From an uncultured Solobacterium sp. (lineage in GTDB: Bacteria; Bacillota_I; Bacilli_A; Erysipelotrichales; Erysipelotrichaceae), in assembly GCA_964529805.1 (NCBI GenBank), contig CAZGZT010000007.1, positions 556-64,555 on the forward strand: a stretch of 64,000 nucleotides of DNA, given 5' to 3'. The first letter of the stretch is position 1, and each line of letters begins with the position of its first letter. Made by a program: the position numbers and the translations under genes. The notes beneath the pieces are model-generated. The model made no database searches. It saw nothing but the letters and a program-made list of their open reading frames with translations, and had not been told where the DNA came from. Shown piece after piece: positions 38,213 to 48,266 of this stretch.

Positions 38213-39271
38213 TTATTTTGTATTCTTTACCTTTACCCAAAGTTCAGAGATGATCTTCAGAACTTCCTCATTGCTGTGGAAGACTTCATCGTTCTCCGTC
38301 ATTTCTCTTGGCACGTAGGCATCGTTGCCTTCGTAGTCTCCGCCTTCCATCGTAATATCCTTTACGACTTCCGCATTGGAAGAAGTATAGCCGACAAATA
38401 CGGCGTTTTCGAACGCGGCATCGTAATCGATGATGTAGTTAATGAACTTGTGCGCATTCTCGACGTTCTTGGCGTCCTTGTGGATACACATCGCATCGAC
38501 GAAATAGTTGGTTCCTTCTTCCGGAGCCCAGAAAGCCATGTCTTCGTTCTCCGCAATGATCAGTGCGGCATCGCCGGAATAGACGAATCCCATCGCCTTT
38601 TCGCCATAAGACAGACCATCGATGATCTCATCCGTTACATAGGCAGGATCCATTGTCTTGGCGATCTGAACCAGCCATTCATAGCTCTTTTCCAGCTCAT
38701 CCGGATCATCGGTATTCATCGAATAGCCAAGGGCCTTTTCTGCCATCATGAAGGCGTCTCTGATCGAGTCGTACATGTAGATCATGCCCTTGTACTTGGT
38801 ATTACGCATGACTTCCCAGCCTTCCGATTCTACATCTTCCGCATTGATCTGGGTCGTATCGTAGCAGATACCCGCATTGCCCCAGAAATAAGGAACGGAA
38901 TAATCGTTGTTCGGGTCGAAGTCCATGCCCAGGACACCCTCATCCAGAACAGACATGTTCGGAATCATGGACTTGTCCAGTTTCTGTACCATTTTCTCGG
39001 AGATCAGTCTCTCGATCATGTAGTCACTTGGGATCAGGATGTCGTAGACCGTACCGCCCAGAAGCTTGGTATACATGTTTTCGTTGGAGTCAAAAGTCGA
39101 AACATAGACCTTGATCCCGTATTCATATTCAAACTGTTCCACTACTTCATCACTCAGATATTCGCCCGGGAGATAGATGTAGAGTTCACCGTTTTCGTAA
39201 TTGCTGGAAAGACAGCCTGTCAGAGAAAACAGCATCAGAACACTTAACAGCAAACTAAGCAGCTTCTTCAT
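38213..39271 (-). CDS. potD: spermidine/putrescine ABC transporter substrate-binding lipoprotein
   Basis: Lipoprotein signal LFSLTGCLS, PotD-like body, position in the pot operon. Confidence 0.88.
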   Translation of the reverse strand: MKKLLSLLLSVLMLFSLTGCLSSNYENGELYIYLPGEYLSDEVVEQFEYEYGIKVYVSTFDSNENMYTKLLGGTVYDILIPSDYMIERLISEKMVQKLDKSMIPNMSVLDEGVLGMDFDPNNDYSVPYFWGNAGICYDTTQINAEDVESEGWEVMRNTKYKGMIYMYDSIRDAFMMAEKALGYSMNTDDPDELEKSYEWLVQIAKTMDPAYVTDEIIDGLSYGEKAMGFVYSGDAALIIAENEDMAFWAPEEGTNYFVDAMCIHKDAKNVENAHKFINYIIDYDAAFENAVFVGYTSSNAEVVKDITMEGGDYEGNDAYVPREMTENDEVFHSNEEVLKIISELWVKVKNTK

Positions 39272-40055
39272 TTCTTCTCTTTCTCCTTTCTCTGAGTAGA
39301 GGGATCACGTTCATGAAAATCATGATGATCGTGATTGCAATGACGATCAGCGTACTCAAGGCATTGACGCTTGGGTTGATACGCTTGGTCGTAGCGTAGA
39401 CGTAGGTCGAGATGTTGTTGATGCCCGGACCGGTCGTAAAGTAGGAAATCACGAAATCGTCGAAGGACATCGTGAAGGCAACCAAAGCACCGGATACGAT
39501 ACCTTCCTTGATCTGCGGAATAATGACTTTGTATAAAGCCTGGAAAGGCGTACAGCCTAAATCCAGTGCAGCTTCCGCCAGATTGTCATCCAGCTGTCTG
39601 AGCTTCGGCATGATCGAGAGTATCACATAAGGGATACAGAAGATGATGTGAGCCAGCAGCATTGTAAAGAATCCGGTAGGAATATTGAAAGTCGAGAACA
39701 GCAGCATCAGTCCGATGGCTGTGACGATATCCGGGTTCAGCATCGGCAGATTGTTGACCTGCGTAACGACCTGCTTGATCAGACGGGAAGACTTGCTGAG
39801 ACCGATGGCTACGATCGTACCGGCAATCGTCGAAACAATGGTGGCGATCACGGCAATGATGGTGGAATAGTAGATCGATTCCATCATCGATCTGGTCTTG
39901 AACATCTTCTGATACCATCTCAATGAGAATCCCGTAAAGTTCGTCAGTGATCTGGATGCGTTAAACGAGAAGAAGACCACGTAGACGATAGGCAGATAGA
40001 AGAAAGCCATGATCAGGATCAGATAAAGCTTCTTGTAGTCAAGTTTCTTGTTCAT
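39255..40055 (-). CDS. potC: spermidine/putrescine ABC transporter permease
   Basis: PotC-like 6-TM permease with EAA loop (...LAEAALDLGCTPFQ...). Confidence 0.88.
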   Translation of the reverse strand: MNKKLDYKKLYLILIMAFFYLPIVYVVFFSFNASRSLTNFTGFSLRWYQKMFKTRSMMESIYYSTIIAVIATIVSTIAGTIVAIGLSKSSRLIKQVVTQVNNLPMLNPDIVTAIGLMLLFSTFNIPTGFFTMLLAHIIFCIPYVILSIMPKLRQLDDNLAEAALDLGCTPFQALYKVIIPQIKEGIVSGALVAFTMSFDDFVISYFTTGPGINNISTYVYATTKRINPSVNALSTLIVIAITIIMIFMNVIPLLRERRKRRNEEAA

Positions 40056-40834
40056 TATCTTTCCTCCTTGTCATAGTCGAATTTCTTCGTAAAATACATC
40101 GAAACCAGGATGACCAGAGCCATCAGCAGCGATACGGCTGAACCGAAGTTCCAGTCTCCCGTTGTAACGAAATAGTTCTCGATCAGGTTACCGACCAGGA
40201 CGTAAGAGCCTCCTCCTAAGAGCTTAGGGATAAAGAAGCTGGATACGGCCGGCAGGAATACCAGCGTAATGCCGGAAATGATGCCCGGAACACTTAACGG
40301 CAAGGTAACCTTCAGGAATGCCGTCCTGTCGTCGCAGCCCAGGTCATGAGCGGCAGGAACCAGAGACGGATCCATCTTTGACAGAGACGTATAGATCTGC
40401 AGGATCATGTACGGCAGGAAGTTGTAGACCATGCCGATGTAGACCTTGATCTCCGGAGAGAACCCGGTATTCAGCAGAATACCTCTCCAGGCATACGTTC
40501 TCACAAGCATGTTGATCAGCTGCGGCAGCGTTACCAGCAGGACCATGACGGACTGTGAATCAGGAGCCAGCTGCGCAATGAAGTATGCGGCAGGATAACC
40601 CAGAAGAATACAGATCACGGTCGTGATGAAAGCCAGCCCTACGCTGCGCCAGAGGACTTCGATAAAAATCGAGTCCGAAAAGAATCTGACAAAGTTTTCC
40701 AGTGTCAGCTTCACAGGAATGACATCGTTACCCTGTGTGGAAAAGGCATAGAATACGATGATCAGCATCGGTAATACGATCAGTATGCCTGCCCATACAA
40801 GATACGGGTATACTAATCTCTTAAAGCTCTTCAT
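40055..40834 (-). CDS. potB: spermidine/putrescine ABC transporter permease
   Basis: PotB-like permease (...[14 protein letters not shown]...). Confidence 0.88.
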   Translation of the reverse strand: MKSFKRLVYPYLVWAGILIVLPMLIIVFYAFSTQGNDVIPVKLTLENFVRFFSDSIFIEVLWRSVGLAFITTVICILLGYPAAYFIAQLAPDSQSVMVLLVTLPQLINMLVRTYAWRGILLNTGFSPEIKVYIGMVYNFLPYMILQIYTSLSKMDPSLVPAAHDLGCDDRTAFLKVTLPLSVPGIISGITLVFLPAVSSFFIPKLLGGGSYVLVGNLIENYFVTTGDWNFGSAVSLLMALVILVSMYFTKKFDYDKEER

Positions 40835-42404
40835 TTCCGATACTCTTCTCCATTACATGAATATCTTCAGGATCAATACTCAGAGATACGATATCTCCTT
40901 CTTCCTGAACTTCGGTTGTATGTACCTTGTAGGTACGGCCTTCCGTTACGAATGTAACATCATAGTTGCCTTCCTTGATCTCCATCGGATCGAAATCGAA
41001 ACGGACATCGTCGATCTCTACTTCGTTCTCTGTTTCCAGATCCCATGCATAGGCATCGGCCCAGTTCTTAAGGTCGACGGAAATCGCCATGGATTCCTCG
41101 ATCTCATCGATCGTCTTGTATACGTCGAATGCCTGAATACCGATCTTCTCTTCCTTGTCTTCAATGACCTTAGGCTGTACGACGTTGACATCCGCATTTA
41201 CTGCCGTACCTGCATCCGTCTTGAAGATGACCGGATACTTGCCCGGTTCAGCCTTGATGCTGTGGGAGACATGGGTGATGGAAATCTCATCCTCGGTATC
41301 AGCCTTCCAGGCCTGAGCATTGGCACGCAGGATCAGTTCCTGATCCGTCAGTGTTTCAACGTCTTCGATATCCATCGTGAAGTCGGCAGCACTCATCTTC
41401 TCGTTGGCTGCTTCATTATAGACATCCTGATTGCCCATGACATGCAGCTTAATCGTCTTGGCGGCACCGCGTTTGGTTTCTACGATCACTTCATAGTGAA
41501 CACCCTTGAACAGTACAGAAAGGACCTGACCGTTCATCTGTCCCTTGCTCTTCTTGCCAAGATGAATATCCTCCGGTCTGATTACGACATCAACCGGCTG
41601 CTTCGGCTTGAAACCGTGGTCGACACAAGGAAAATCCTTGTCGTCAAAGTTAACCAGATAATCCTTCTTCATGATGCCGTCGATGATGTTCGACTGACCG
41701 ATGAAGTTCGCGACATATCTGTTGATTGGTTCATTGTATATTTCTGTCGGCGTACCGATCTGTTCAATGTTGCCGTCTTTCATGACAACGATCTTATCCG
41801 ACATCGTCAGCGCTTCTTCCTGATCGTGCGTAACAAAGATAAAGGTGATACCGACCTCTTCCTGAATACGCTTCAGTTCCTGCTGCATCTCTTTACGCAG
41901 CTTGGCATCCAATGCGCTTAACGGTTCATCCAGCAGAAGAACATCCGGTTCATTGACCAGAGCTCTGGCGATGGCAACACGCTGCTGCTGACCGCCGGAC
42001 AGCTGTGTGACGTCTCTCTTCTGATAACCGTCCAGTCCTACCAGTTCCAGCATCCTGTTGACCTTCGGTTCGATCAGGTCGTTCGACATCTTCTTGATCC
42101 TTAAGCCGAAAGCGACGTTCTCGTAGACGTTCAGATGCGGGAACAGCGCATACTTCTGGAAGACCGTATTGATAGGTCTCTGGTAAGCGGGCACATTCGA
42201 GATCTCTTCCCCATTAAAAATGACCGAACCCTCATCCTGTTCCAGGAATCCGCCCAGGATCCTCAATAAGGTCGTCTTACCGCAGCCTGATGGTCCCAGT
42301 AAAGTCACAAATTCATTCTCATAGATATCCAGATTGATACCCTTCAATACCGTTTGACCATCGAAACTTTTCACAATATTTCTAAATTCAATCAGCTTTT
42401 CCAT
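40821..42404 (-). CDS. potA: spermidine/putrescine ABC transporter ATPase with an about 165-aa insertion in the C-terminal regulatory domain
   Basis: [17 protein letters not shown] and [11 protein letters not shown] are present. Start placed at ATG 42404 (SD GGAGGA); the track start 42419 is TTG. Two internal repeats sit between ...[11 protein letters not shown] and ...[14 protein letters not shown]. Confidence 0.9.
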   Translation of the reverse strand: MEKLIEFRNIVKSFDGQTVLKGINLDIYENEFVTLLGPSGCGKTTLLRILGGFLEQDEGSVIFNGEEISNVPAYQRPINTVFQKYALFPHLNVYENVAFGLRIKKMSNDLIEPKVNRMLELVGLDGYQKRDVTQLSGGQQQRVAIARALVNEPDVLLLDEPLSALDAKLRKEMQQELKRIQEEVGITFIFVTHDQEEALTMSDKIVVMKDGNIEQIGTPTEIYNEPINRYVANFIGQSNIIDGIMKKDYLVNFDDKDFPCVDHGFKPKQPVDVVIRPEDIHLGKKSKGQMNGQVLSVLFKGVHYEVIVETKRGAAKTIKLHVMGNQDVYNEAANEKMSAADFTMDIEDVETLTDQELILRANAQAWKADTEDEISITHVSHSIKAEPGKYPVIFKTDAGTAVNADVNVVQPKVIEDKEEKIGIQAFDVYKTIDEIEESMAISVDLKNWADAYAWDLETENEVEIDDVRFDFDPMEIKEGNYDVTFVTEGRTYKVHTTEVQEEGDIVSLSIDPEDIHVMEKSIGNEEL

Positions 42405-42469
42405 AGTCAGGTCCTCCAAATAAATATATTATAAGTTATTTTTTCAGGTTTTTATCATTATTTGGGAAT

Positions 42470-42498
42470 AAAAAGAAAAAGGCTCTTTTCAGAGCCTT
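42470..42498 (-). terminator. rho-independent terminator after trxA
   Basis: AAGGCTCT-GAAA-AGAGCCTT followed by TTTTCTTTTT on the minus strand. Confidence 0.75.
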
Positions 42499-42521
42499 TC
42501 TTTGATCATGATACGTTTCGG

Positions 42522-42830
42522 TTATTTCAGTGAATCCTCGATGAAAGCCTTCACTCCGCCCTTGTCGCGGTAGCCGTTCATCTTGGCAACGGCAGCACCG
42601 TCCTTGAACAGATAAACCGTCGGAATGGTCATGATTCCCAGACTTTCCGCCAGGTCCATGTTGTCATCGACATTCACTTTTACAAACTCTATATCAGGGT
42701 ATTTCTCGGACACTTCTTCCAGCACAGGTCCCAGCATTTTGCAAGGCCCGCACCAGTCTGCGAAGAAATCCACAAGGGCAGTGCCGCTCTTGATCAGTTC
42801 ATTGAATTCTTCAGTATTGATAATCTTCAT
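42522..42830 (-). CDS. trxA: thioredoxin
   Basis: 102 aa with the WCGPCK active site. Confidence 0.95.
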   Translation of the reverse strand: MKIINTEEFNELIKSGTALVDFFADWCGPCKMLGPVLEEVSEKYPDIEFVKVNVDDNMDLAESLGIMTIPTVYLFKDGAAVAKMNGYRDKGGVKAFIEDSLK

Positions 42831-42892
42831 ATTCCACCTCCTGTCATTTATTATCTATATCTTTTCCAGAAATGGAAGTAAAATGCCCGGAA

Positions 42893-43621
42893 TTATTTTT
42901 CCAGCAGTGCCGCTGCGGCTTCGTCGACGATAACTATTGCATCCTCATGTCTCTGCAGGATGGATGCCGGACAGGCTTCATCAACCGGTCCTTCTATCAT
43001 GTCTTTTACCGCCTTGGTCTTGTTTGCGCCGGTAGCGATCAGCAGGATATGTTTTGCTTTCATGATCGTTCCAATACCCTGGGTCACTGCCTGGGTAGGA
43101 ACTTTTGTGATGTCGTTGTCGAAGAAACGGCAGTTGTCCTTGATCGTGGATTCCGCCAGATCCGTTACATGCGTTCCGGAATTAAATGGCGTGCCCGGTT
43201 CATTGAAAGCGATATGTCCGTCAGAACCGATGCCTAACAGCTGGATATCTACCGGTGAAGCATCGATCATCTCATCGTATGCTTTAGCCTGTCCTTCCAG
43301 ATCCTCTCCCAGTCCTGAAGGAACATGGGCGTTCTCTTCTCTGATGTCGATATGGTCAAAGAGATTTCTGTGCATGAAGGCATAGTAGCTTTCCGGATGG
43401 GTGATCGGAAGTCCTACGTATTCATCCAGATTGAAAGACTTGATCTCCTGATAGGATGTCCCATTCTCCTCATGGTCAAAGACCATGCGGGCATACAGGC
43501 CTAAAGGCGTAGAACCGGTTGCCAGTCCCAGAACCTTACCAGGTTTCAGGTATTCCTTCATCACTTCAAAAGCCTTATCGGAAGCTTCATCGTAATCTCT
43601 GACTTTAATCAAAGTAATCAT
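42893..43621 (-). CDS. nagB: glucosamine-6-phosphate deaminase
   Basis: LGLATGSTP, NLDEYVG, GIGSDGHIAFNEPG. Confidence 0.93.
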   Translation of the reverse strand: MITLIKVRDYDEASDKAFEVMKEYLKPGKVLGLATGSTPLGLYARMVFDHEENGTSYQEIKSFNLDEYVGLPITHPESYYAFMHRNLFDHIDIREENAHVPSGLGEDLEGQAKAYDEMIDASPVDIQLLGIGSDGHIAFNEPGTPFNSGTHVTDLAESTIKDNCRFFDNDITKVPTQAVTQGIGTIMKAKHILLIATGANKTKAVKDMIEGPVDEACPASILQRHEDAIVIVDEAAAALLEK

Positions 43622-43668
43622 AATACTTATACCTCTTTTCGTTTCTATTATAACGTATTTTTAAAGCT

Positions 43669-44472
43669 CTAGATGATCTCAAAACTGTAACCGATCCGAT
43701 ATTCTTCCTCCGGTAACAGACAGACGTTTCCTGGTCTTTCTTCGAATGGAACATCCTCTGTGTCATCCAGGGTATTGACCCAAGGTTCCAGACAGACGAA
43801 TGGCGCATGCGGTGTCCACAGGGCAAAGATCCTGTACTGATCCGATACACGCATGACGACCTTATTCTCTCCATCCGTCAGGGTAAAGGTTCTGCTTTCA
43901 GGATTGTTTACGATGTAGGTCGGATACTTCTCAAACAGTTCATAGGAGAGATCCAGTCTTCCCCCTTCCACGTCTTCCTTCTCGAATTCGATCCAGTAGT
44001 CGCTGAATGATTTTCCCGGAACCAGCGGACAATTGAAGGCAGGATGCTGGCCGAAACCGAAATTCATTTTTTCTTCATCTCTGTTGGTGATCTGATAATC
44101 GATAAAGACCTGATTCTGTTTCAGGGTATACCTGACCAGCAGTTCAAAACGATATGGATACTGCTCGTAGGTCGTTTCATCATCCGCAAGTCTGAACAGC
44201 AGGAAATCTTCTCCCTGTTCCACAAACTCGAATTCGCTCCTTCTGCAGAAGCCGTGATTGTTTACCTTGCAGTCCTTCCCCTTGAAATTCAGGATCTTGT
44301 TCTTCGGCGAAGAGACGTGCGGAAAGAGAACCGGATTTCTTCCTGCCCAGTATTCAGGATCCCCATTCCACATATATTCGATGTTCTTGTCTTTTCTTTT
44401 GAAGCTGTGTATCTCGCAGGCATAGGTATCAACCTTAAGCACGGCCATTTCGTTTTCCAGTGTATACAGCAT
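43669..44472 (-). CDS. aldose 1-epimerase family protein (LacX-like)
   Basis: 267 aa. ...WAGRNPVLFPHV..., ...GFGQHPAFN... are typical of the short mutarotase-like family. Confidence 0.75.
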   Translation of the reverse strand: MLYTLENEMAVLKVDTYACEIHSFKRKDKNIEYMWNGDPEYWAGRNPVLFPHVSSPKNKILNFKGKDCKVNNHGFCRRSEFEFVEQGEDFLLFRLADDETTYEQYPYRFELLVRYTLKQNQVFIDYQITNRDEEKMNFGFGQHPAFNCPLVPGKSFSDYWIEFEKEDVEGGRLDLSYELFEKYPTYIVNNPESRTFTLTDGENKVVMRVSDQYRIFALWTPHAPFVCLEPWVNTLDDTEDVPFEERPGNVCLLPEEEYRIGYSFEII

Positions 44473-44487
44473 GGTTTTCTCCTTGAA

Positions 44488-44510
44488 TAAAAAAGCGGCA
44501 TAATGCCGCT
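44488..44510 (-). terminator. rho-independent terminator after pduL
   Basis: AGCGGCA-TTA-TGCCGCT followed by TTTTTTAT on the minus strand. Confidence 0.75.
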
Positions 44511-44520
44511 CATAATGAAA

Positions 44521-45090
44521 CTATTTAACGATCTCGCCCAATGCGCTTCCCTTAATGCCGGCAGCGTTGCCTTCATCGGTATCGATATGCATGGCCAGTG
44601 CGAAGTCATCTCTGACTCTGACGACTGTATCGCCGAATACCAGGCTTCTGTTTTCAGTCTCAACCTTGACATTGACGATTTCGCCGTTCTGTACGCCGTA
44701 AGCTTCCGCATCCGCAGGAGTCATGTGGACATGTCTCTTGGCAGCGATGACGCCCTTCTCCAGCTCAATCTCGCCGGCAGGACCGATCAGCTTAATGCCG
44801 TTTGTTCCTTCGATATCGCCTGATTCTCTGATCAGAGCTTCAACACCCAGTGTTCTGGCATCCGTTAAGGATAATTCAACCTGCGCTTCTTTTCTGGTAG
44901 GACCCAGAATGGAAGCCTTCAGCTCGCCTCTAGGACCCACGATCGTCAGCTTTTCTTCGCAGGCAAACTGGCCTGGCTGAGACAGATCCTTCTTAGGAGT
45001 CAGCTTATGACCTTCACCAAAAAGTATTTCTACCTGTGCATCTGTAACGTGAATATGACGGGCACTGATTTCAACGATAAATTTTTCCAT
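44521..45090 (-). CDS. pduL: phosphate propanoyltransferase (PduL-type phosphotransacylase)
   Basis: Duplicated PduL motifs ISARHIHV and AAKRHVHM. Start placed at ATG 45090 (SD AAGGAG); the track extension would overlap smpB. Confidence 0.85.
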   Translation of the reverse strand: MEKFIVEISARHIHVTDAQVEILFGEGHKLTPKKDLSQPGQFACEEKLTIVGPRGELKASILGPTRKEAQVELSLTDARTLGVEALIRESGDIEGTNGIKLIGPAGEIELEKGVIAAKRHVHMTPADAEAYGVQNGEIVNVKVETENRSLVFGDTVVRVRDDFALAMHIDTDEGNAAGIKGSALGEIVK

Positions 45091-45118
45091 TTTATTCTCC
45101 TTATACGTTTCTATTATA

Positions 45119-45559
45119 TCATCTTCTGATACCGGCAGAAGCCTGTCTTTCCATACTTCTCTTCTTGGCACTCTCCCGTTTGTCGTAGAGTGTCTTTCCT
45201 TTGGCCAGAGCGATCTCCAGTTTCACTCTGCCGTTCGAGAAATACATTCTCAAAGGAATACAGGTAAAGCCCTGAAGCTTCACTTTGCTGGAGAGTTTAT
45301 CGATCTCTCTTTTGTGCAGCAGAAGCTTCCTGTCCCTTGTTTCGTCATGATTGTTGTAGGTGGCTTCCTTGTACTGTGCGATATGCAGGTCCTTGACGAA
45401 AGCTTCGCCATTAGAAAAAGATACATAGGCTTCTTTCATTGAAACCTTGCCCATTCTTACGGACTTGATCTCCGTTCCTAACAGCACCATTCCCGCTTCA
45501 TACTTGTCCTCGATGAAGTAGTCGTGGTAGGCTTTCTTGTTTACCGCAATTTCTTTCAT
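45119..45559 (-). CDS. smpB: SsrA-binding protein
   Basis: ...NKKAYHDYFIEDKYEAGMVLLGTEIKS...LLLHKREI...IALAKGK..YDKR. Confidence 0.95.
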   Translation of the reverse strand: MKEIAVNKKAYHDYFIEDKYEAGMVLLGTEIKSVRMGKVSMKEAYVSFSNGEAFVKDLHIAQYKEATYNNHDETRDRKLLLHKREIDKLSSKVKLQGFTCIPLRMYFSNGRVKLEIALAKGKTLYDKRESAKKRSMERQASAGIRR

Positions 45560-45570
45560 GTCTTCAGTTT

Positions 45571-45600
45571 AAAATAGTGAAATCTGCATTTCACTATTTT
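45571..45600 (-). terminator. hairpin after secG (possible terminator)
   Basis: AAAATAGTGAAAT-N4-ATTTCACTATTTT, a 13-bp AT-rich stem. The U-tract is part of the stem only. Confidence 0.4.
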
Positions 45601-45604
45601 TAAA

Positions 45605-45826
45605 TTACTCCGTAACTCTGATGATGATCACCAGGATAAAGAACAGGATGCCAAGAGCCATGGTCACATAGGAAATGACCTTCTCCGGTCCGCGTTCCTT
45701 GACGTTCTGGAACAGTCCCAGATCATTGCTTCCGGTAAATGCGGACAGCGCATCCGACTTACCGCCCTGCAGCAAAGAAATCAATATCAGCAATACAGCT
45801 ACGATCAATAATAATATTTTCATCAT
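45605..45826 (-). CDS. secG: preprotein translocase subunit SecG
   Basis: 73 aa, two TMs, ...LLQGGKSDALSAFTGS... typical SecG loop. Confidence 0.85.
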   Translation of the reverse strand: MMKILLLIVAVLLILISLLQGGKSDALSAFTGSNDLGLFQNVKERGPEKVISYVTMALGILFFILVIIIRVTE

Positions 45827-45833
45827 TCACCTC

Positions 45834-46388
45834 TTAGAATTCCGCTTTCGCGAGATCAACATAGTTAATATCCGTCGGTGTTTCTCTACCGAACAGAATG
45901 ATCAGTACAGTAGCGACCTGCGTCTGGTCGTTCATGGATTCAACCTTGCCTTCCATGCCCGAGAACGGACCGGAAAGGATCTTGACGGAATCACCGACCG
46001 CGAAGTCGACTTCAATGTTCTTATCGGACTGACCGATTCTTCTCAGGATCTTCTCGATCTCATCCTGTTTGACCGGGAACGGTTTCGCACCGCCGCCTGA
46101 TGATCCGATAAATCCGGTAACGCCCGGCGTATTTCTTACGACGTACCATGCTTCGTCCGTCATGATCATTTCAACGAAGAGATATCCTGGGAAGATGTTC
46201 TTGACGACTTCCTTGGACTTCTCGTTCTTTACTTCGATCTGTGTCTCTTCAGCCACGACGATACGGAACAGGTTGTCGGAAATGCCCATGGTTTCCAGTC
46301 GCTTTTCCAGATTGTCCTTGACACGGTTCTCATGTCCGGCATAGGTATTCACGACGTACCATTCTTTTTTATTTGCCTGTTCAGTCAT
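45834..46388 (-). CDS. nusG: transcription termination/antitermination factor NusG
   Basis: ...KEWYVVNTYAGHENRVKDNLE... (NGN domain) and the C-terminal KOW ...GDSVKILSGPFSGMEGKV... Confidence 0.96.
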   Translation of the reverse strand: MTEQANKKEWYVVNTYAGHENRVKDNLEKRLETMGISDNLFRIVVAEETQIEVKNEKSKEVVKNIFPGYLFVEMIMTDEAWYVVRNTPGVTGFIGSSGGGAKPFPVKQDEIEKILRRIGQSDKNIEVDFAVGDSVKILSGPFSGMEGKVESMNDQTQVATVLIILFGRETPTDINYVDLAKAEF

Positions 46389-46389
46389 T

Positions 46390-46569
46390 TTACAGTACTC
46401 CCAGAGCTCTCAGCAGTGCTGAGATAACCGCCAGACACAGGGCAAAAAACAGCACGAAGAAACCGGTGAAAATGATTACCTGGGCAGAATTCAAAGCCAG
46501 ATCACCTTTCTTCGGCCAGCGGATCTTAGAGATCTCTTTATAGATAGCACTTAAATTAAACCACTTCAT
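46390..46569 (-). CDS. secE: preprotein translocase subunit SecE (59 aa; below the ORF-track cutoff)
   Basis: Hand translation: MKWFNLSAIYKEISKIRWPKKGDLALNSAQVIIFTGFFVLFFALCLAVISALLRALGVL*. SD GGAGGA. The stop lies 1 nt before the nusG ATG. Confidence 0.85.
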   Translation of the reverse strand: MKWFNLSAIYKEISKIRWPKKGDLALNSAQVIIFTGFFVLFFALCLAVISALLRALGVL

Positions 46570-46579
46570 ATTGATCCTC

Positions 46580-46732
46580 CTACTTTGTCTCCTTATGCAA
46601 CGTATGTTTATTGCACCTTGGACAATACTTCTTTAATTCGATACGTCTGTTGGAACTGCTTGCTTTCTCTGTCGTATAGTTACGGGAAAGACAGACGCTG
46701 CAGGTAAGAATTACTTTCTTCTTTTCTTTCAT
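46580..46732 (-). CDS. rpmG: 50S ribosomal protein L33 (50 aa; below the ORF-track cutoff)
   Basis: Hand translation: [50 protein letters not shown]. CxxC...CxxC zinc ribbon. SD GGAGGA. Confidence 0.9.
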   Translation of the reverse strand: MKEKKKVILTCSVCLSRNYTTEKASSSNRRIELKKYCPRCNKHTLHKETK

Positions 46733-46755
46733 AATTCCTCCTTACTAAGGTATAT

Positions 46756-46776
46756 AAAAAGTTATCTCTTGATAAC
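46756..46776 (-). terminator. rho-independent terminator after pyk
   Basis: GTTATC-AAGA-GATAAC followed by TTTTTAT on the minus strand. Confidence 0.6.
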
Positions 46777-46834
46777 CTCTTATATTATTACTGAAAACCC
46801 TTTAAAAGTCAATCAGGTTTTCATTCATAAAACA

Positions 46835-48253
46835 CTATTTTACCGTAATGATCTTCATGAAGTTTGCACTGCCTTCACCGGTCGGATAGCCTGCGGAAAG
46901 GATGATCTGCGAACCCGGCTTGATGCCGTAGGATTTCACCACGCTGGAAGCCAGTTCATCGTCGTTGGTCATGTTGTTTTCAACATAGGACAGGATCGGC
47001 TTGACGCCCCAGTAGAGTTCCAGCTTGCCCTGGGTAGACTTGGTGAAAGTTACCGCAAAGATAGGTACAGGAGGACGGTATTTGGAGATCCTTCGAGCTG
47101 TGGTACCACCCTGAGTAAATACGACAATGGCGGCAATGTCCAGAGTCAGTGTAGCATCGGCAATCGCAATACCGATGGCGTCCTGGATGGTCTTGTCGTT
47201 GGTCATCTTGGCATGTTCCAGTCTTTCCCTGTAATGAATGATCTGTTCCGATGCACGGGCGATCTTGGCCATTGTATCGACAGCCTCAACCGGATATTCA
47301 CCGGCAGCCGTTTCCGCTGAAAGCATGACGGCATCCGAACCGTCCAGTACGGCATTGGATACGTCGGCAGCTTCCGCTCTGGTACATCTAGGATTATTCG
47401 TCATGGAGTCCAGCATGTGGGTAGCGGTAATGACAGCTTTGCCCTTTTTATTTGCCATCTCAATGATCTTCTTCTGATAAATCGGAACATAAGCCGTTTC
47501 GATCTCGACACCCAGGTCTCCTCTGGCAACCATGACGCCGTCTGCGGCATCGATGATCGCTTCCAGATTGTCAAAACCTTCCTGGTTCTCGATCTTGGCG
47601 ATGATCTGAATTTTCGGCTTACCCATCTGGGTAATGATCTTACGGATCGCCATGACATCTTCCGGTCTTCTGACGAATGATGCGGCAATGAAGTCGACAT
47701 CTTGCTCACATCCAAAGCGGATATCCTCATCATCCTTCAAGGAGATGAAAGGCATGGACAGCTTGACGCCCGGAACGTTGCATCCTTTTCTGGAAGCCAG
47801 GGTGCCGTTGACCTCAACTCTGCACTTCATCTCGTTGCCGTCGTTCTCCAGTACGGTAAGACGCTGCTTGCCGTCGTTGACCAGGATGTAGTCATCCTTC
47901 TTGATGTCATCGAAAAGTTCCTTGCACTGGATCGTAAAACGGTCATGCGTACCTTCGATGTCTTCTCTTTGTATCGTTACGATCTCGCCCTTCTGATAGG
48001 TCTCGGTACCGTTGGCAAAAGTTCCCAGTCTGATCTCCGGACCCTTTGTATCCAGCATGATTCCTAAGTTTACGGCATTCTCTTTTTCTACTTTTCTGAC
48101 TGTCTCGATTCTCTTCAGATGTTCCTCATGCGTACCGTGAGAGAAATTCAGTCTAACGATATTCAGTCCTGCCTGTGCCATCTTCAGGATGGTGTTGTAG
48201 TCATCCGATGAAGGTCCCAGCGTAGCGATGATCTTTGTCTGTTTAAATTCCAT
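46835..48253 (-). CDS. pyk: pyruvate kinase
   Basis: MEFKQTKIIATLGPSS..., ...NLSHGTHEE-like NFSHGTHEEH, ...MVARGDLGVEI... Start placed at ATG 48253, 14 nt after the patatin stop. Confidence 0.95.
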   Translation of the reverse strand: MEFKQTKIIATLGPSSDDYNTILKMAQAGLNIVRLNFSHGTHEEHLKRIETVRKVEKENAVNLGIMLDTKGPEIRLGTFANGTETYQKGEIVTIQREDIEGTHDRFTIQCKELFDDIKKDDYILVNDGKQRLTVLENDGNEMKCRVEVNGTLASRKGCNVPGVKLSMPFISLKDDEDIRFGCEQDVDFIAASFVRRPEDVMAIRKIITQMGKPKIQIIAKIENQEGFDNLEAIIDAADGVMVARGDLGVEIETAYVPIYQKKIIEMANKKGKAVITATHMLDSMTNNPRCTRAEAADVSNAVLDGSDAVMLSAETAAGEYPVEAVDTMAKIARASEQIIHYRERLEHAKMTNDKTIQDAIGIAIADATLTLDIAAIVVFTQGGTTARRISKYRPPVPIFAVTFTKSTQGKLELYWGVKPILSYVENNMTNDDELASSVVKSYGIKPGSQIILSAGYPTGEGSANFMKIITVK

Positions 48254-48266
48254 ATCAATAACCTCT

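Noticed and set aside
38276-39247. 323-aa plus-strand ORF antisense to potD
   Set aside because: It is a shadow ORF opposite a confident lipoprotein gene. The sequence is unnatural and rich in His/Arg/Ile/Asp, with no start context.
40758-41921. 387-aa plus-strand ORF antisense to potA/potB
   Set aside because: It is a shadow ORF spanning a gene junction on the opposite strand, with no recognisable domain.
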